DNA of 32,000 bases from Allobaculum fili (GTDB lineage: Bacteria > Bacillota_I > Bacilli_A > Erysipelotrichales > Erysipelotrichaceae). The notes beneath the pieces are model-generated. The model made no database searches, was not told the origin of the DNA, and was given only the letters and a program-made list of their open reading frames with translations. The position numbers and the translations under genes are program-made. Positions 17,113 through 26,284 of the stretch are shown piece after piece; position 1 is the first letter of the stretch; every line of letters begins with the position of its first letter. The DNA lies in NCBI RefSeq assembly GCF_020969955.1, contig NZ_JAHDSX010000017.1:13337-45336 (forward strand), written 5' to 3'.

Positions 17113-17733
17113 TTATTCCTCTTCAACGGAACCTGCGATGAGAATTCCATTTGCGGCCATCATGGCCAGCGCGGTTTCGTTCCACTTGGCGGCATCGTGT
17201 ACATCCGGGATGTGGTACGTTTCCACACAGTCTTCCGGCACGATCACGCGCATGTTTTTTCGATTGGTCTGATTGATCCAGCTCTGAAGCGGCAGGGCGA
17301 GCTGAAGTACGCAAAGATCGGTGCAGCATCCGGTCACAATCAGATCGGCGCCTTCTTCTGGAAGGCTTTCGAGCATGGAGGCAAACTGCGGGCTGGCCGC
17401 GGCGCTGATGCAGTTTTTATACAGGGTATGCGAAGCCGTTTCAAGATCCTTCAGTTCATCGATCACCATGGATTCTTCACTGCCTTCCAGACTGTGCACG
17501 GGAAACGACTGAAATTCCGCCGCATCGGGCGTATGCGAATCCCGGATGAACCAGACGGGCGCCTGAGATTCTTCAATGAGCTTTCGAATCGGTGCGGCAG
17601 CCTGCAGAATCGCCGGATCGGCCAGCGCGCCCTCACGGGCGAAGCCGTTAATCATATCGACCACAAACACAACGGGATGGTGAAGCGATTCAAGCGATAC
17701 AGACGATGATTTTGAACGCTGCAGACGAGCCAT
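17113..17733 (-). CDS. pncA: isochorismatase-family cysteine hydrolase, probable nicotinamidase
   Basis: VVFVVDMINGF (Asp), a conserved Lys region and a TGCCTDLCV nucleophile motif. Operon context with pncB. AAAGGAAA RBS. Confidence 0.75.
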   Translation of the reverse strand: MARLQRSKSSSVSLESLHHPVVFVVDMINGFAREGALADPAILQAAAPIRKLIEESQAPVWFIRDSHTPDAAEFQSFPVHSLEGSEESMVIDELKDLETASHTLYKNCISAAASPQFASMLESLPEEGADLIVTGCCTDLCVLQLALPLQSWINQTNRKNMRVIVPEDCVETYHIPDVHDAAKWNETALAMMAANGILIAGSVEEE

Positions 17734-17939
17734 ACTTCAGTTTCCTTTCTTTGGCGGCCTTCTGCGTCGGTTTGAGGCACAGAAAAAGGGGACACAAAGC
17801 GGGCCGCCTGAGTTTGTGCATTATTATACTCTAAATCGTGCCGGCCAATTTCTGAGGTTTCGATCTTTTCAATTCGTGCCGTTTTCGTTACGAAATGCCT
17901 CGAAACCGGAACGGTCCGCTTTCCTGCAGCACACTGCGG

Positions 17940-17993
17940 CCCAATAAGAAAGGCTCCCCGCGTGCACAGTACTGTGCAAATGGGGAGCCTTTT
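17940..17993 (-). terminator. terminator of the GH2 gene
   Basis: GAAAGGCTCCCC (17948-17959) pairs with GGGGAGCCTTTT (17982-17993). The loop itself holds the 16-bp palindrome TGCACAGTACTGTGCA. Confidence 0.6.
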
Positions 17994-18057
17994 GTATGTC
18001 CTGAATTCGAAGAAATCTTTAAAACGCTCTGGATCTCTGGATATGCGTTTGGATCGA

Positions 18058-21000
18058 CTACTTCAGGGCGTCCAGTGCGTCTTTGCCCGGCTGAAGACGT
18101 ACAGAAAGCAGAGCGTGGTTGAGCGCGAGGGCCGCGTCGTTAACCGCCTTCTGGCTTTCCTTTTTGTCCAGAGCCGTTCTGGCTTCGGGCAGAGCTGCCG
18201 TTACCGGAGCAACGGTCTTATACGCCTGGGCGTTCTGGAGCAGATCATCGGCTTCGGCGATTGCCAGTTCGAGCTGGGTCGTATCGATGGCGATGATGGA
18301 AGCCACTTTATACGTTTTGGAAACCAAACCGGAATAGTAGCCGTTTCCTTTGAGGGTTACAGTCACTTCGTTTGTTTCCGGATTGGCTTCGTAATCGAAG
18401 TAGTAGTCGCTTCCGTAATAGAGCGTTTCATTGGCGCTCACGGTGATGTCCTTGTGCAGGTCGGTCTGACCAAGAACGAACGTATCGTCGATCGTTTCCG
18501 GCCAGGTTACGCTAAAGCCTTCAAGCGCTGTCAGATTCCGTTTCGGGAATTCTGTCGCCACGCGCACTTCGGCTGCCGACATGTCCGTATTGGCTTTGCC
18601 ACCGTTGGTCATGGTTTCGACACCGATGAAACGAACCGCTTTCGCGGTAACGGTATGGTCGAATTCCGCGACTTTCCAGCCGGTGGTATACGGCCATTCG
18701 CCTTCGGAAATGTCTTTCCATTCGCCGTCATCGCTTTCCTTGTACTGCACTTTGTATGTAACAACCTGACCGTTGCGTCCGCCGCTGCCGGAGCTGTTTC
18801 TTGGCAGATAGCGCAGAGCCGCGATCGTCTGCGGTTCTTCAAAGGTCAGATCGATGTGACGGTTTTCCACTTTGGAACCTTCGGAATTGTTCCAGTTGGT
18901 GTGATACCAGGTTCCGGTGCTGTTATCGAGAACGTTGGACGCCGGTCCTTCATTTGTACCGGGGTATACGCTCGTCGCAGAAGCGGTCATCGTCGTGCGA
19001 TCGAGATCGTACTCATCAGTTTCCGGTTCACGTTCATACGGGGTGCGCAGTTTTACCGTCACGAGACGGGTCGCGCTGTGGTCTTCGGATTCCACGTAAA
19101 GCAGAACGCTTTCGTCATCCTGGCGAACGACGGTTACCGCCGCATTTTCGGCACCCTTCACGTCGAGGGTATCCACAAGGTACGCTACGGACTTGAGCAG
19201 GCTTGCCTGCGTAGCCGTCAGATCTTCGTCCTTGCCGTTCAGAATGAGCGTTTCGAGATCGGTTGTCGATCCGGCTTCCAGAGCGGAAGTAACGGGATAC
19301 ATTTCGACTTCGGAAATGCCGTGGCAAACGTGTACGTCCGCACCGCCAAGGCCCTGTCCTTCCGGTGTAGTGAAGGCAATTTTCAGAACGGTAATCGACA
19401 TCGGATCGAAGGTGTACTTATATTCCTTGTAGAACGGAGCTTCATCACCCTGTTCGTCGCCGATCGTTTCGGTCGCATTGATTTCGGTCCAGGTTCCGTC
19501 TTCACCCGTTGCCGATGCGTACAGTTTTACAGCGCCGGCTGCCGGGTAAACGGCGGACCAGGTGTCCTTGATGAAGTAAATGCTCGTCTGGTTGATCAGC
19601 TGCGCGGTATCGAGGTATACCTTGATTTCCGTGTCGAGCATCTTATTCTCGCCGGTCGCGTTAGTCGCGTTGAAGTTGGTCCAGATCGTCTTGTTCGTTC
19701 CGCCCTGAGCAGACGGTGCGACATTTCCGTCCTTAATGGCGAGCAGCGTATCGGACTGCAGAGAAGCTGGAATATTCTGTTCGATCTTATAGCCAAGGTT
19801 TGGAACAACGTTGGCTCCCTGGGTCAGGGTTTCAGTTCCGACGCGAATGCTTGCGGTTACCGGGTATTCCTTGCCGAGAACATCGGCTGTACCTTCAATC
19901 GTGTACGTGCCTTCGTCAGCCCAGCCGCTTTCCGGTACGTTTTTCCAGGTGACTGGCGCCAGGAACGGCATCACATCGCCATCCTGAGACAGGAACGGGC
20001 GGGAAGAAGGCAAAGACGGTTTTTCGTTTGGTTTTACAACTGCCGAGTAGTTGGCGACAGCGCCCTGATCGGCTACGAGGTTGATGTAGTACGTGAGTTT
20101 CTGACCGTCAGCCACGCCGTTGACAACGGCCGGCTTGTCGAACGTCAGGTTATCGAGGGAGAAGTCTTCCCAGACGATTGGAACGTTTTCCTTAACGGTT
20201 CCATCCGCGTACGTCAGTTTCGCGGTGGCTGGAAGTGTCGGAACGGCGCCGCTGCGCAGGTAGCAGCCTTTCGCGTATTCGGCGCTGATCAGATCGCTGG
20301 CTTCTGGCGCCTGGGCTCCGGAAGCGTTAATGACTACGGTATCCGACGCCAGACCGTCGGCAGAAGCGGTGACGCGAATTTCGCCGTCTTCGCCGGTAGA
20401 GCGGACGATAGCCACCATCTTGCCGGAGAATGCGGCACGGTTGTCTTCGTCATACGGCTGGAAGTCAATGGAGTTTCCGTTGTCGCAGCCGACAATTTCG
20501 CCAGGGCCTTCGACGCTGAAGGAAACGCGGTCGGTCGCGTTGGCTACTTCGTTGTCTTTTGCATCCTTAATGTCGACGGTGATGTAGGAAAGGTCCTTGC
20601 CGTCGGCCTTGATTTCGGTGCGGTCGGCTTCGGCGTCGAGTTTGGCCGCATCGCCGAACGTCGTTACCTGATTGCGTCCAACGGTCTTTTCGATCTCGTT
20701 TCCGTTGACGTCATAGGCGGTCGCGGTCAGCGTGCCGTCAGCGTATGGAACGTACCAGGTGAAGTAGAGATTCATATAGTCTGCGCCTTCTTTATCCGCG
20801 CCTTCGTACGTACGCCACTTGTAGCCGTTTTCGGTTGTTTTTTCGGTGAATTCCTTCGTTCCGATTTCCCTGGTCTGACCATTGGTATCGGTGAATTCCA
20901 GTTTTACTTTGTGCGCGTTGGTGTAGACGACAACCGGAACGCCTTTGGAGTTGCCGGTGTAAACCAGATCCGACTTCCATGCCGGAAGCATATGGAGCGT

Positions 21001-23067
21001 CGTATCATCGTGTTTCCACATTGCACGGTAGAAATAGTAGGTGTCCTTTGGCAGACCGGCGGTGTCGATAATTCCAAAGTAGGAGTTTTTCGGAGCCGGC
21101 CAGCCATAGTTGGCATGATCGGTATTGGAAATGCCGTTCCAGGGCGTCGGTTCGCCGAGGTAGTCAAATCCGGTCCATACGTACTGACCGGCGTACCAGT
21201 CGTACTGAAGACTTCCGATCATCTCCTGGGCTGCACGATGGCCCCAGCTTACGCAGGAGTAGTCGTAGCTGGTCAGCTGACGGTCGCCATTCTTGTCGGC
21301 CTGGCTGCCGATGCGATCGTAAATGCCGCGGGAGTTTACAGAAGAAACGGTTTCGGTACCGATAAAGCGCCATTCCGGATGGTCGAGGCGGAAACGTGTC
21401 AGCAGCGCTTCGGGCAGACCGTAGTTGGAACCGATCAGACCGCCGGCGGCGTGAATGGCGTCACGCATCTGGTTGGATACGGGGGTGGCGTTGCCTAAAG
21501 TCTTGTTATCGCCTAAAACGGCTGGGCGATCGTCCATGGCCTTGATCCAGTCGAGCAGGTTCTGACAGATCGTCGGGAAGTGGAAGGTAGAGCCGTGTTC
21601 AACTTCGTTGCCGATATCCCAGATCACGACGGCCGGATCGTTGCGGTCGCGGCGTACGGATTCCTGCAGGTCATACTGCGCCCAGACTTCCGCCTGATCC
21701 GCATGCAGAAGTTCGGTGTCTTCCGGAAGCGGTTCGCTGAAGTAGCTGGCGTAATCTTCCGTGTTGCCGTTTTTGTGCTGATCCCATCCGTCAAAAATTT
21801 CTTCCATCAGGATGATGCCGTTTTCGTTGCACACATCGACAAGAACCTTGCTTGGGGTGTTGTGGGACGTACGGATGGAGTTGACGCCCATGCCTTTCAG
21901 GATTTCAACCTGACGTTCTACGGCACGATACGTGTCGACCGAACCGAGGGCGCCCTGGTCATGGTGCATGCAGACACCGTTAAGCTTCATGTCTTCGCCA
22001 TTCAGCGAGAAGCCGGTATCCTTATCAAAGTTGAAATAGCGATAGCCAAATTCAGTAGAGTAGCTGTCGACTTCGTTTTCGCCTTCAAAGATTTTCGTCA
22101 CAACGGTGTAAAGCTGTGATTTTTCTTCAAAGCTGTTCGTGGTATGCCAGAGTTTTGGCTTGCTGACCTGGAAGGTCTGATCCACAACCTGCGTGCTGCC
22201 GGCTTCGAGCGTTACAGCATCGCTCTTTGCGGAAGAAGCGGCCGGTTCACCGTCTTCCTGTCCTTTTTCGTACAGGAACTGCTGAACCGTTACGGTTTTC
22301 GCTTCGTTGCTGGAGTTGACGATCGTCGTCTTGACGTTGGTATCAACATCGCCGTCGTGCTGCTCTGCGAGTTTTGGCGTGGTAATCTGCGTTCCGCTGA
22401 GATCGACATGAACGTCGTCGGTTACGGTCAGATGGACGTTGCGTCCGATACCGCTTCCGGAATACCAGCGGGAGGATGGAATCTGGTGGTTGACCCGAAC
22501 GCTGATGACGTTTTCGCCTCCCCAGTTGAGATACGGTGTCAGATCATAGGAGAACGGCGAATAGCCATACGGATGATCGCCGAGTTTGTGTCCGTTGATG
22601 TAGACGGTGGAATTCATGTAAATGCCGTCAAAGTCAATACGGACCTGTTTTCCCATCAGGGCATCATCCAGCGTAAAGGACTTGCGGTACCAGGCCAGAC
22701 CGCCTGGCTTATAGGCGCTTTCGCCTTCCAGGTTGCGGTCGTAATCCTGAGTGATGGAATAGTCGTGCGGTACATTGACGATTTCCCAGCTGGCATCGTC
22801 AGCGAGCGGCTGCTCGGCACCGGCTGCATCGCCAAAGTGGAAGCTCCAGCTTTCGTTGAAGTTCAGACTTCTCTTCGATGCATCCTGGGCGCTGACGGTC
22901 TGCACGGGATGTGTGTAGGATGGGGTATCCAGCTGTCCGGACTGGGTCCCGGTCTTCGCATCTTCCACGGCTGCCACCGGCAGGGCGAAGGAAGGAACGG
23001 AAGACACAACCATGGCTGCCGTTAAAATCGCGGAACCGAAAGCAAGCCTTGCTTTATTTTTTCTCAT
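18058..23067 (-). CDS. secreted multidomain glycoside hydrolase family 2 beta-galactosidase (BbgIII/BgaA-like) with discoidin and Ig-like domains and a C-terminal FIVAR-like domain
   Basis: - Signal peptide MRKNKARLAFGSAILTAAMVVSSVPSFALPVAA.
- GH2 motifs WEIVNVPHDYSI, GGLAWYRKSF, GSGIGRNVHL, NSIRTSHNTPS and WDIGNEV (acid/base).
- Later F5/8-type-C-like region (WYHTNWNN...RYLPR).
- Helical FIVAR-like end.
- AAAGGAAA RBS. Confidence 0.9.
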   Translation of the reverse strand: MRKNKARLAFGSAILTAAMVVSSVPSFALPVAAVEDAKTGTQSGQLDTPSYTHPVQTVSAQDASKRSLNFNESWSFHFGDAAGAEQPLADDASWEIVNVPHDYSITQDYDRNLEGESAYKPGGLAWYRKSFTLDDALMGKQVRIDFDGIYMNSTVYINGHKLGDHPYGYSPFSYDLTPYLNWGGENVISVRVNHQIPSSRWYSGSGIGRNVHLTVTDDVHVDLSGTQITTPKLAEQHDGDVDTNVKTTIVNSSNEAKTVTVQQFLYEKGQEDGEPAASSAKSDAVTLEAGSTQVVDQTFQVSKPKLWHTTNSFEEKSQLYTVVTKIFEGENEVDSYSTEFGYRYFNFDKDTGFSLNGEDMKLNGVCMHHDQGALGSVDTYRAVERQVEILKGMGVNSIRTSHNTPSKVLVDVCNENGIILMEEIFDGWDQHKNGNTEDYASYFSEPLPEDTELLHADQAEVWAQYDLQESVRRDRNDPAVVIWDIGNEVEHGSTFHFPTICQNLLDWIKAMDDRPAVLGDNKTLGNATPVSNQMRDAIHAAGGLIGSNYGLPEALLTRFRLDHPEWRFIGTETVSSVNSRGIYDRIGSQADKNGDRQLTSYDYSCVSWGHRAAQEMIGSLQYDWYAGQYVWTGFDYLGEPTPWNGISNTDHANYGWPAPKNSYFGIIDTAGLPKDTYYFYRAMWKHDDTTLHMLPAWKSDLVYTGNSKGVPVVVYTNAHKVKLEFTDTNGQTREIGTKEFTEKTTENGYKWRTYEGADKEGADYMNLYFTWYVPYADGTLTATAYDVNGNEIEKTVGRNQVTTFGDAAKLDAEADRTEIKADGKDLSYITVDIKDAKDNEVANATDRVSFSVEGPGEIVGCDNGNSIDFQPYDEDNRAAFSGKMVAIVRSTGEDGEIRVTASADGLASDTVVINASGAQAPEASDLISAEYAKGCYLRSGAVPTLPATAKLTYADGTVKENVPIVWEDFSLDNLTFDKPAVVNGVADGQKLTYYINLVADQGAVANYSAVVKPNEKPSLPSSRPFLSQDGDVMPFLAPVTWKNVPESGWADEGTYTIEGTADVLGKEYPVTASIRVGTETLTQGANVVPNLGYKIEQNIPASLQSDTLLAIKDGNVAPSAQGGTNKTIWTNFNATNATGENKMLDTEIKVYLDTAQLINQTSIYFIKDTWSAVYPAAGAVKLYASATGEDGTWTEINATETIGDEQGDEAPFYKEYKYTFDPMSITVLKIAFTTPEGQGLGGADVHVCHGISEVEMYPVTSALEAGSTTDLETLILNGKDEDLTATQASLLKSVAYLVDTLDVKGAENAAVTVVRQDDESVLLYVESEDHSATRLVTVKLRTPYEREPETDEYDLDRTTMTASATSVYPGTNEGPASNVLDNSTGTWYHTNWNNSEGSKVENRHIDLTFEEPQTIAALRYLPRNSSGSGGRNGQVVTYKVQYKESDDGEWKDISEGEWPYTTGWKVAEFDHTVTAKAVRFIGVETMTNGGKANTDMSAAEVRVATEFPKRNLTALEGFSVTWPETIDDTFVLGQTDLHKDITVSANETLYYGSDYYFDYEANPETNEVTVTLKGNGYYSGLVSKTYKVASIIAIDTTQLELAIAEADDLLQNAQAYKTVAPVTAALPEARTALDKKESQKAVNDAALALNHALLSVRLQPGKDALDALK

Positions 23068-23155
23068 TTATGTTTCCTTTCTAGAAAAACTGATTCGCAG
23101 AAGAGCGGTCATGACGTGTAAAGCTGCCCGAATATGCCACTGCCGTCGTCTGCGA

Positions 23156-23169
23156 TGAAACCCGTTACA
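23156..23169 (-). promoter_or_regulatory. cre-like (CcpA) site upstream of the GH2 gene
   Basis: Minus strand TGTAACGGGTTTCA compared with the cre consensus TGWAANCGNTNWCA. The central CG is replaced by GG. It lies ~90 nt upstream of the ATG. Confidence 0.3.
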
Positions 23170-23303
23170 TTAAAAGTTTACAAAAATACCGGAGGAAACT
23201 GAATAGAATGCTTGTATCCGTGCAAATCCATTCCCAATTCCCACACACTTTTCAGTCGTTTTTAATCCGTTTTTTCAGACTGCAGCGGCGAGGCGCGCAC
23301 GCA

Positions 23304-23350
23304 AAAAAGCTCTGTCTTCTGCAGGAATCATCCTTGCAGAAGGCAGAGCC
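23304..23350 (-). terminator. rho-independent terminator of recA
   Basis: GCTCTGTCTTCTGCAGG / CCTTGCAGAAGGCAGAGC form a ~17-bp stem, followed on the minus strand by T6 (A-run 23304-23309). Confidence 0.7.
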
Positions 23351-23413
23351 GTATTCATGGAGTTTTGTACAGGATTTTAATCGTTTCTCTAGGTGAACTC
23401 TGCGAAAAACGGA

Positions 23414-24673
23414 TTATTCGCGGATTTCGCCGGTTTCAAGATCGAAGTCCACGAAGTTTCCGTCGAGATCATCGTCGAAGTCTTCGTCATCGTCTTCAAA
23501 ATCGCCCTCAGCCAGATCGAATTCGTCCTCTGCGTCGTCCTCATCGGCTTTCACATCGGCCTTTTTCGTCTTGTTTTTTTTGTCGGTTTCCTTTTTCTGA
23601 TCGTCCTTGTCGATATCGTCCGAAAGGGTTGTGCCGCGCATGATTTCCTGAACCTTCTTAACGATTTCTTCGTACAGTTCCGGGTTCTTTTTCAGGAATG
23701 CCTTGGCCGCTTCCTTGCCCTGGCCGATCTTTTCGCCCTGATAGGAATACCAGGAACCGGACTTCTTAATGACATCGTATTCGGAAGCCAGATCGATCAG
23801 CTCGGAAATGGCCGAGAGGCCTTCACCGTAAATGATTTCCAGCTGGCACGTACGGAACGGAGGGGCCACCTTGTTTTTAACGACACGGATGTTGACTTTG
23901 TTACCGATGGATTCGCCGTTGGCCTTGATCGTTTCGCTCTTGCGGATATCGATACGTACCGAAGCGTAGAACTTCAGCGCCACGCCGCCCGGGGTCGTTT
24001 CCGGGTTGCCGTACATGCTGCCGACTTTCATACGCAGCTGGTTGATGAAAATCGCCGTGCAGTCGTACTGGTTCATGATACCGGCGATTTTACGCATCGC
24101 CTTGGACATCATTCGCGCCTGCGCGCCGACCTGCAGCTCGTTCATTTCGCCGTCCAGTTCGGTCTGCGGAACGAGAGCCGCAACGGAGTCGACAACGACC
24201 AGATCCACGGCGCCGCTTTCAATCAGCATCATCATGATGTTCAGACCCTGTTCACCGGAATCCGGCTGGGAGAGAATGAGCTCATCGATGTTGACGCCCA
24301 GATGCTTAGCGTAAACCGGGTCGATCGCGTTTTCGGCATCGATAAACGCCGCGCGTCCGCCTTTTTTCTGCACTTCCGCAATCGCGTGCAGCGCGAGGGT
24401 CGTTTTACCCGAAGACTCTGGACCGTAAATTTCAATAATACGGCCTTTTGGATAGCCGCCGATGCCCAGCGCCTGGTCGAGCAGCAGCGAGCCGGATGGA
24501 ATCGGTTCAACGTCGACGCTCGAGCGATCGCCCAGCTTCATGATCGAACCTTTTCCGTATTCTTTCTCAATCGCCTTGACGACATCGCCTAAAAGTTCGT
24601 CTTTCGATTTATTCTTGATTTTTTCCGATCGCTTCTGCGCGATCGTTTTTACAGATGCTTTTTTTACAGCCAT
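23414..24673 (-). CDS. recA: recombinase RecA (419 aa, with Lys-rich N-terminal and very long acidic C-terminal extensions)
   Basis: Walker [23 protein letters not shown], and L1/L2 regions ([26 protein letters not shown]). GGAAAGGAG RBS before ATG 24673. The track ORF extends upstream to 24796. Confidence 0.95.
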   Translation of the reverse strand: MAVKKASVKTIAQKRSEKIKNKSKDELLGDVVKAIEKEYGKGSIMKLGDRSSVDVEPIPSGSLLLDQALGIGGYPKGRIIEIYGPESSGKTTLALHAIAEVQKKGGRAAFIDAENAIDPVYAKHLGVNIDELILSQPDSGEQGLNIMMMLIESGAVDLVVVDSVAALVPQTELDGEMNELQVGAQARMMSKAMRKIAGIMNQYDCTAIFINQLRMKVGSMYGNPETTPGGVALKFYASVRIDIRKSETIKANGESIGNKVNIRVVKNKVAPPFRTCQLEIIYGEGLSAISELIDLASEYDVIKKSGSWYSYQGEKIGQGKEAAKAFLKKNPELYEEIVKKVQEIMRGTTLSDDIDKDDQKKETDKKNKTKKADVKADEDDAEDEFDLAEGDFEDDDEDFDDDLDGNFVDFDLETGEIRE

Positions 24674-24941
24674 AAAATTCTCCTTTCCCTGTTTTCTTGA
24701 TCGGGGATGCAGAAGATTCTGAATCCCAAGGATAATTGCCGTTTTCCAGACTTGCCTCTGGAAAAAGGGATTCTTCTTTTCAGTATACGCAGACAAGCGC
24801 GATTCTTCGTATTCTTTTTGAATCGCGCCGCTTATCTAAAATCTCTTTCGATTTGCGTAAAGTGCTTATTTGTTGCGTAAATTGAATCAATTTCGCGCAT
24901 ATCACTCTGATATTATACGCATTTTTTACTCATTATGCACC

Positions 24942-24965
24942 AAAAAAGCGGCTTTTCAGCCGCTT
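24942..24965 (-). terminator. terminator between cinA and recA
   Basis: AAGCGGC (24946-24952) / GCCGCTT (24959-24965) stem, followed on the minus strand by T6. Confidence 0.65.
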
Positions 24966-24979
24966 GGGAACGTGTTTTT

Positions 24980-25621
24980 TCAGGCCTGCTCATCCTGCTT
25001 TTGTGCGGCCCCATCGAGAAGATCGTCTTCCATCATCTGACGCAGCGTAATCAGCATGGACCGTACAGCCAGCTTGCGCATACCGTTTCGCTCCCTTTGA
25101 AGATGGGCCTTGAAGACAACGGTTTTTCCTGGACCGCTCAGCCCGCAGTAAATGAGTCCGGCCGGTTTGCCTTCCATCGCGTCCGGTCCGGCGTTGCCGG
25201 TAAAGGACACGCAGTAGTCAGCCTGCAGTTTCTGACGGGTATGGTAAGCCATCGCCGCCGCGCACGGGGCGCTTACAACGCCGAACTCTTCGATCAGCGC
25301 CGGGCTTACATCGGCAAGAAGCGTTTTGAGCGGAGTCTGGTACGTGACCAGTCCGCCGCGAAGAACCCTGGAGGCGCCGGGAACGCTGCCGATGGTAGCG
25401 CAGAACAGACCGGCTGTGAAGCTTTCGCAGGAACATACCGTCTGCGAAAAGGCGCTGGCACATTCTACGAGCGCTCTGGCCGCATCGAACAGATCGTCAT
25501 CCGAAATCAGGCCGTCGTCCTGCAGAGGCTCGATCGTCAGCTGATCGATTTCTTCGTACGCTTCATCGGACAGACCACCGTGACTTTGAATAGCTTTTTC
25601 TTCACTTTGTGTTGCATTCAT
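24980..25621 (-). CDS. cinA: CinA C-terminal-domain protein (PncC-type nicotinamide-mononucleotide amidohydrolase) with acidic N-terminal extension
   Basis: CESFTAGLF, LRGGLVTY, GVVS and VSFTGNAGP...GKPAGLIYCGL match the CinA/PncC domain, and no MoCF-type N-domain is present. AAGGAGAG RBS before ATG 25621 (track start 25648 has none). Position is upstream of recA. Confidence 0.85.
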   Translation of the reverse strand: MNATQSEEKAIQSHGGLSDEAYEEIDQLTIEPLQDDGLISDDDLFDAARALVECASAFSQTVCSCESFTAGLFCATIGSVPGASRVLRGGLVTYQTPLKTLLADVSPALIEEFGVVSAPCAAAMAYHTRQKLQADYCVSFTGNAGPDAMEGKPAGLIYCGLSGPGKTVVFKAHLQRERNGMRKLAVRSMLITLRQMMEDDLLDGAAQKQDEQA

Positions 25622-25687
25622 ATCTAACTCTCCTTCTTCCTCTTTCATCTTTGACGATTCCCGGGAAAAAGAGAAATCAGATGCGCT

Positions 25688-26284
25688 CTACATTGACTCC
25701 ATGACGTATTTGCGCAGTTTTACAAAATAAATCCATCCGGAATACAGCGAAACCAGCGCCGCCGCCCACAGGGTAATCTGTGCCAGCGGGAAGTGCAGAT
25801 AAACAAACGGCCAGTTGCCCATAAGCAGAAGAATGATGGAGATCATCTGCAGAACGGTTTTCAGCTTGCCCGGGAACCCTGCGGAAACGACTTTGCCTTT
25901 GGAGGCCGCGCTCAGGCGCAGACCGTCGACAACGAGGTCGCGGCTGATCATCAGCAGAACCGGAAGCACGGCTGCCGAATGGGTGTAAACGAGCAGGATG
26001 AGGGTGCTGTTGACGAGCATCTTGTCCGCGATCGGATCAAGGAACTTGCCAAACGAGGTAATCAGATGACGCGAACGGGCGATTTTGCCATCGAGCAGAT
26101 CGGTAATCGAGGCGGCCGCAAAAAGCAGCAGCGCAAGCAGATTGCGCAGACCGAATCCGGCTTCCTTGGACATGAGCAGCCAGTCGGCTGGAATGCAAAG
26201 ATAGACGATCCACAGAACCGGGACCATGACCATGCGAAGCACAGTCAGTTTATTGGGCAGATTAAGCTGCTTCCAGAAATTCAT
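25688..26284 (-). CDS. pgsA: CDP-diacylglycerol--glycerol-3-phosphate 3-phosphatidyltransferase
   Basis: CDP-alcohol phosphatidyltransferase motif DLLDGKIAR....FGKFLDPIADK. N-terminal LPNKLTVLR. Multiple TMs. Confidence 0.92.
   Translation of the reverse strand: MNFWKQLNLPNKLTVLRMVMVPVLWIVYLCIPADWLLMSKEAGFGLRNLLALLLFAAASITDLLDGKIARSRHLITSFGKFLDPIADKMLVNSTLILLVYTHSAAVLPVLLMISRDLVVDGLRLSAASKGKVVSAGFPGKLKTVLQMISIILLLMGNWPFVYLHFPLAQITLWAAALVSLYSGWIYFVKLRKYVMESM

Noticed and set aside
15559-17709. 716-aa plus-strand ORF opposite pncB and pncA
   Set aside because: Same in-register antisense artefact, and the sense-strand genes have unmistakable NAPRTase and isochorismatase motifs.
17962-21498. 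1178-aa plus-strand ORF, the second longest in the window
   Set aside because: It lies exactly antisense and codon-in-register to the GH2 gene. In that register a stop arises only where the sense gene uses TTA, CTA or TCA, which this genome evidently avoids. The product is low-complexity (V/G/R/F-rich) with no start context. It is a shadow ORF.
24804-24811. TACGAAGA on the minus strand upstream of recA, resembling the streptococcal ComX cin-box TACGAATA
   Set aside because: A 7/8 match to an 8-mer is expected by chance in a few hundred bp. The organism does not look streptococcal and the position relative to the start is not right.
24967-24978. GAACGTGTTTTT, a half-match to a clostridial-type LexA box
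   Set aside because: It lies between the cinA stop codon and the cinA terminator, upstream of the recA promoter, and the second half-site is poor.
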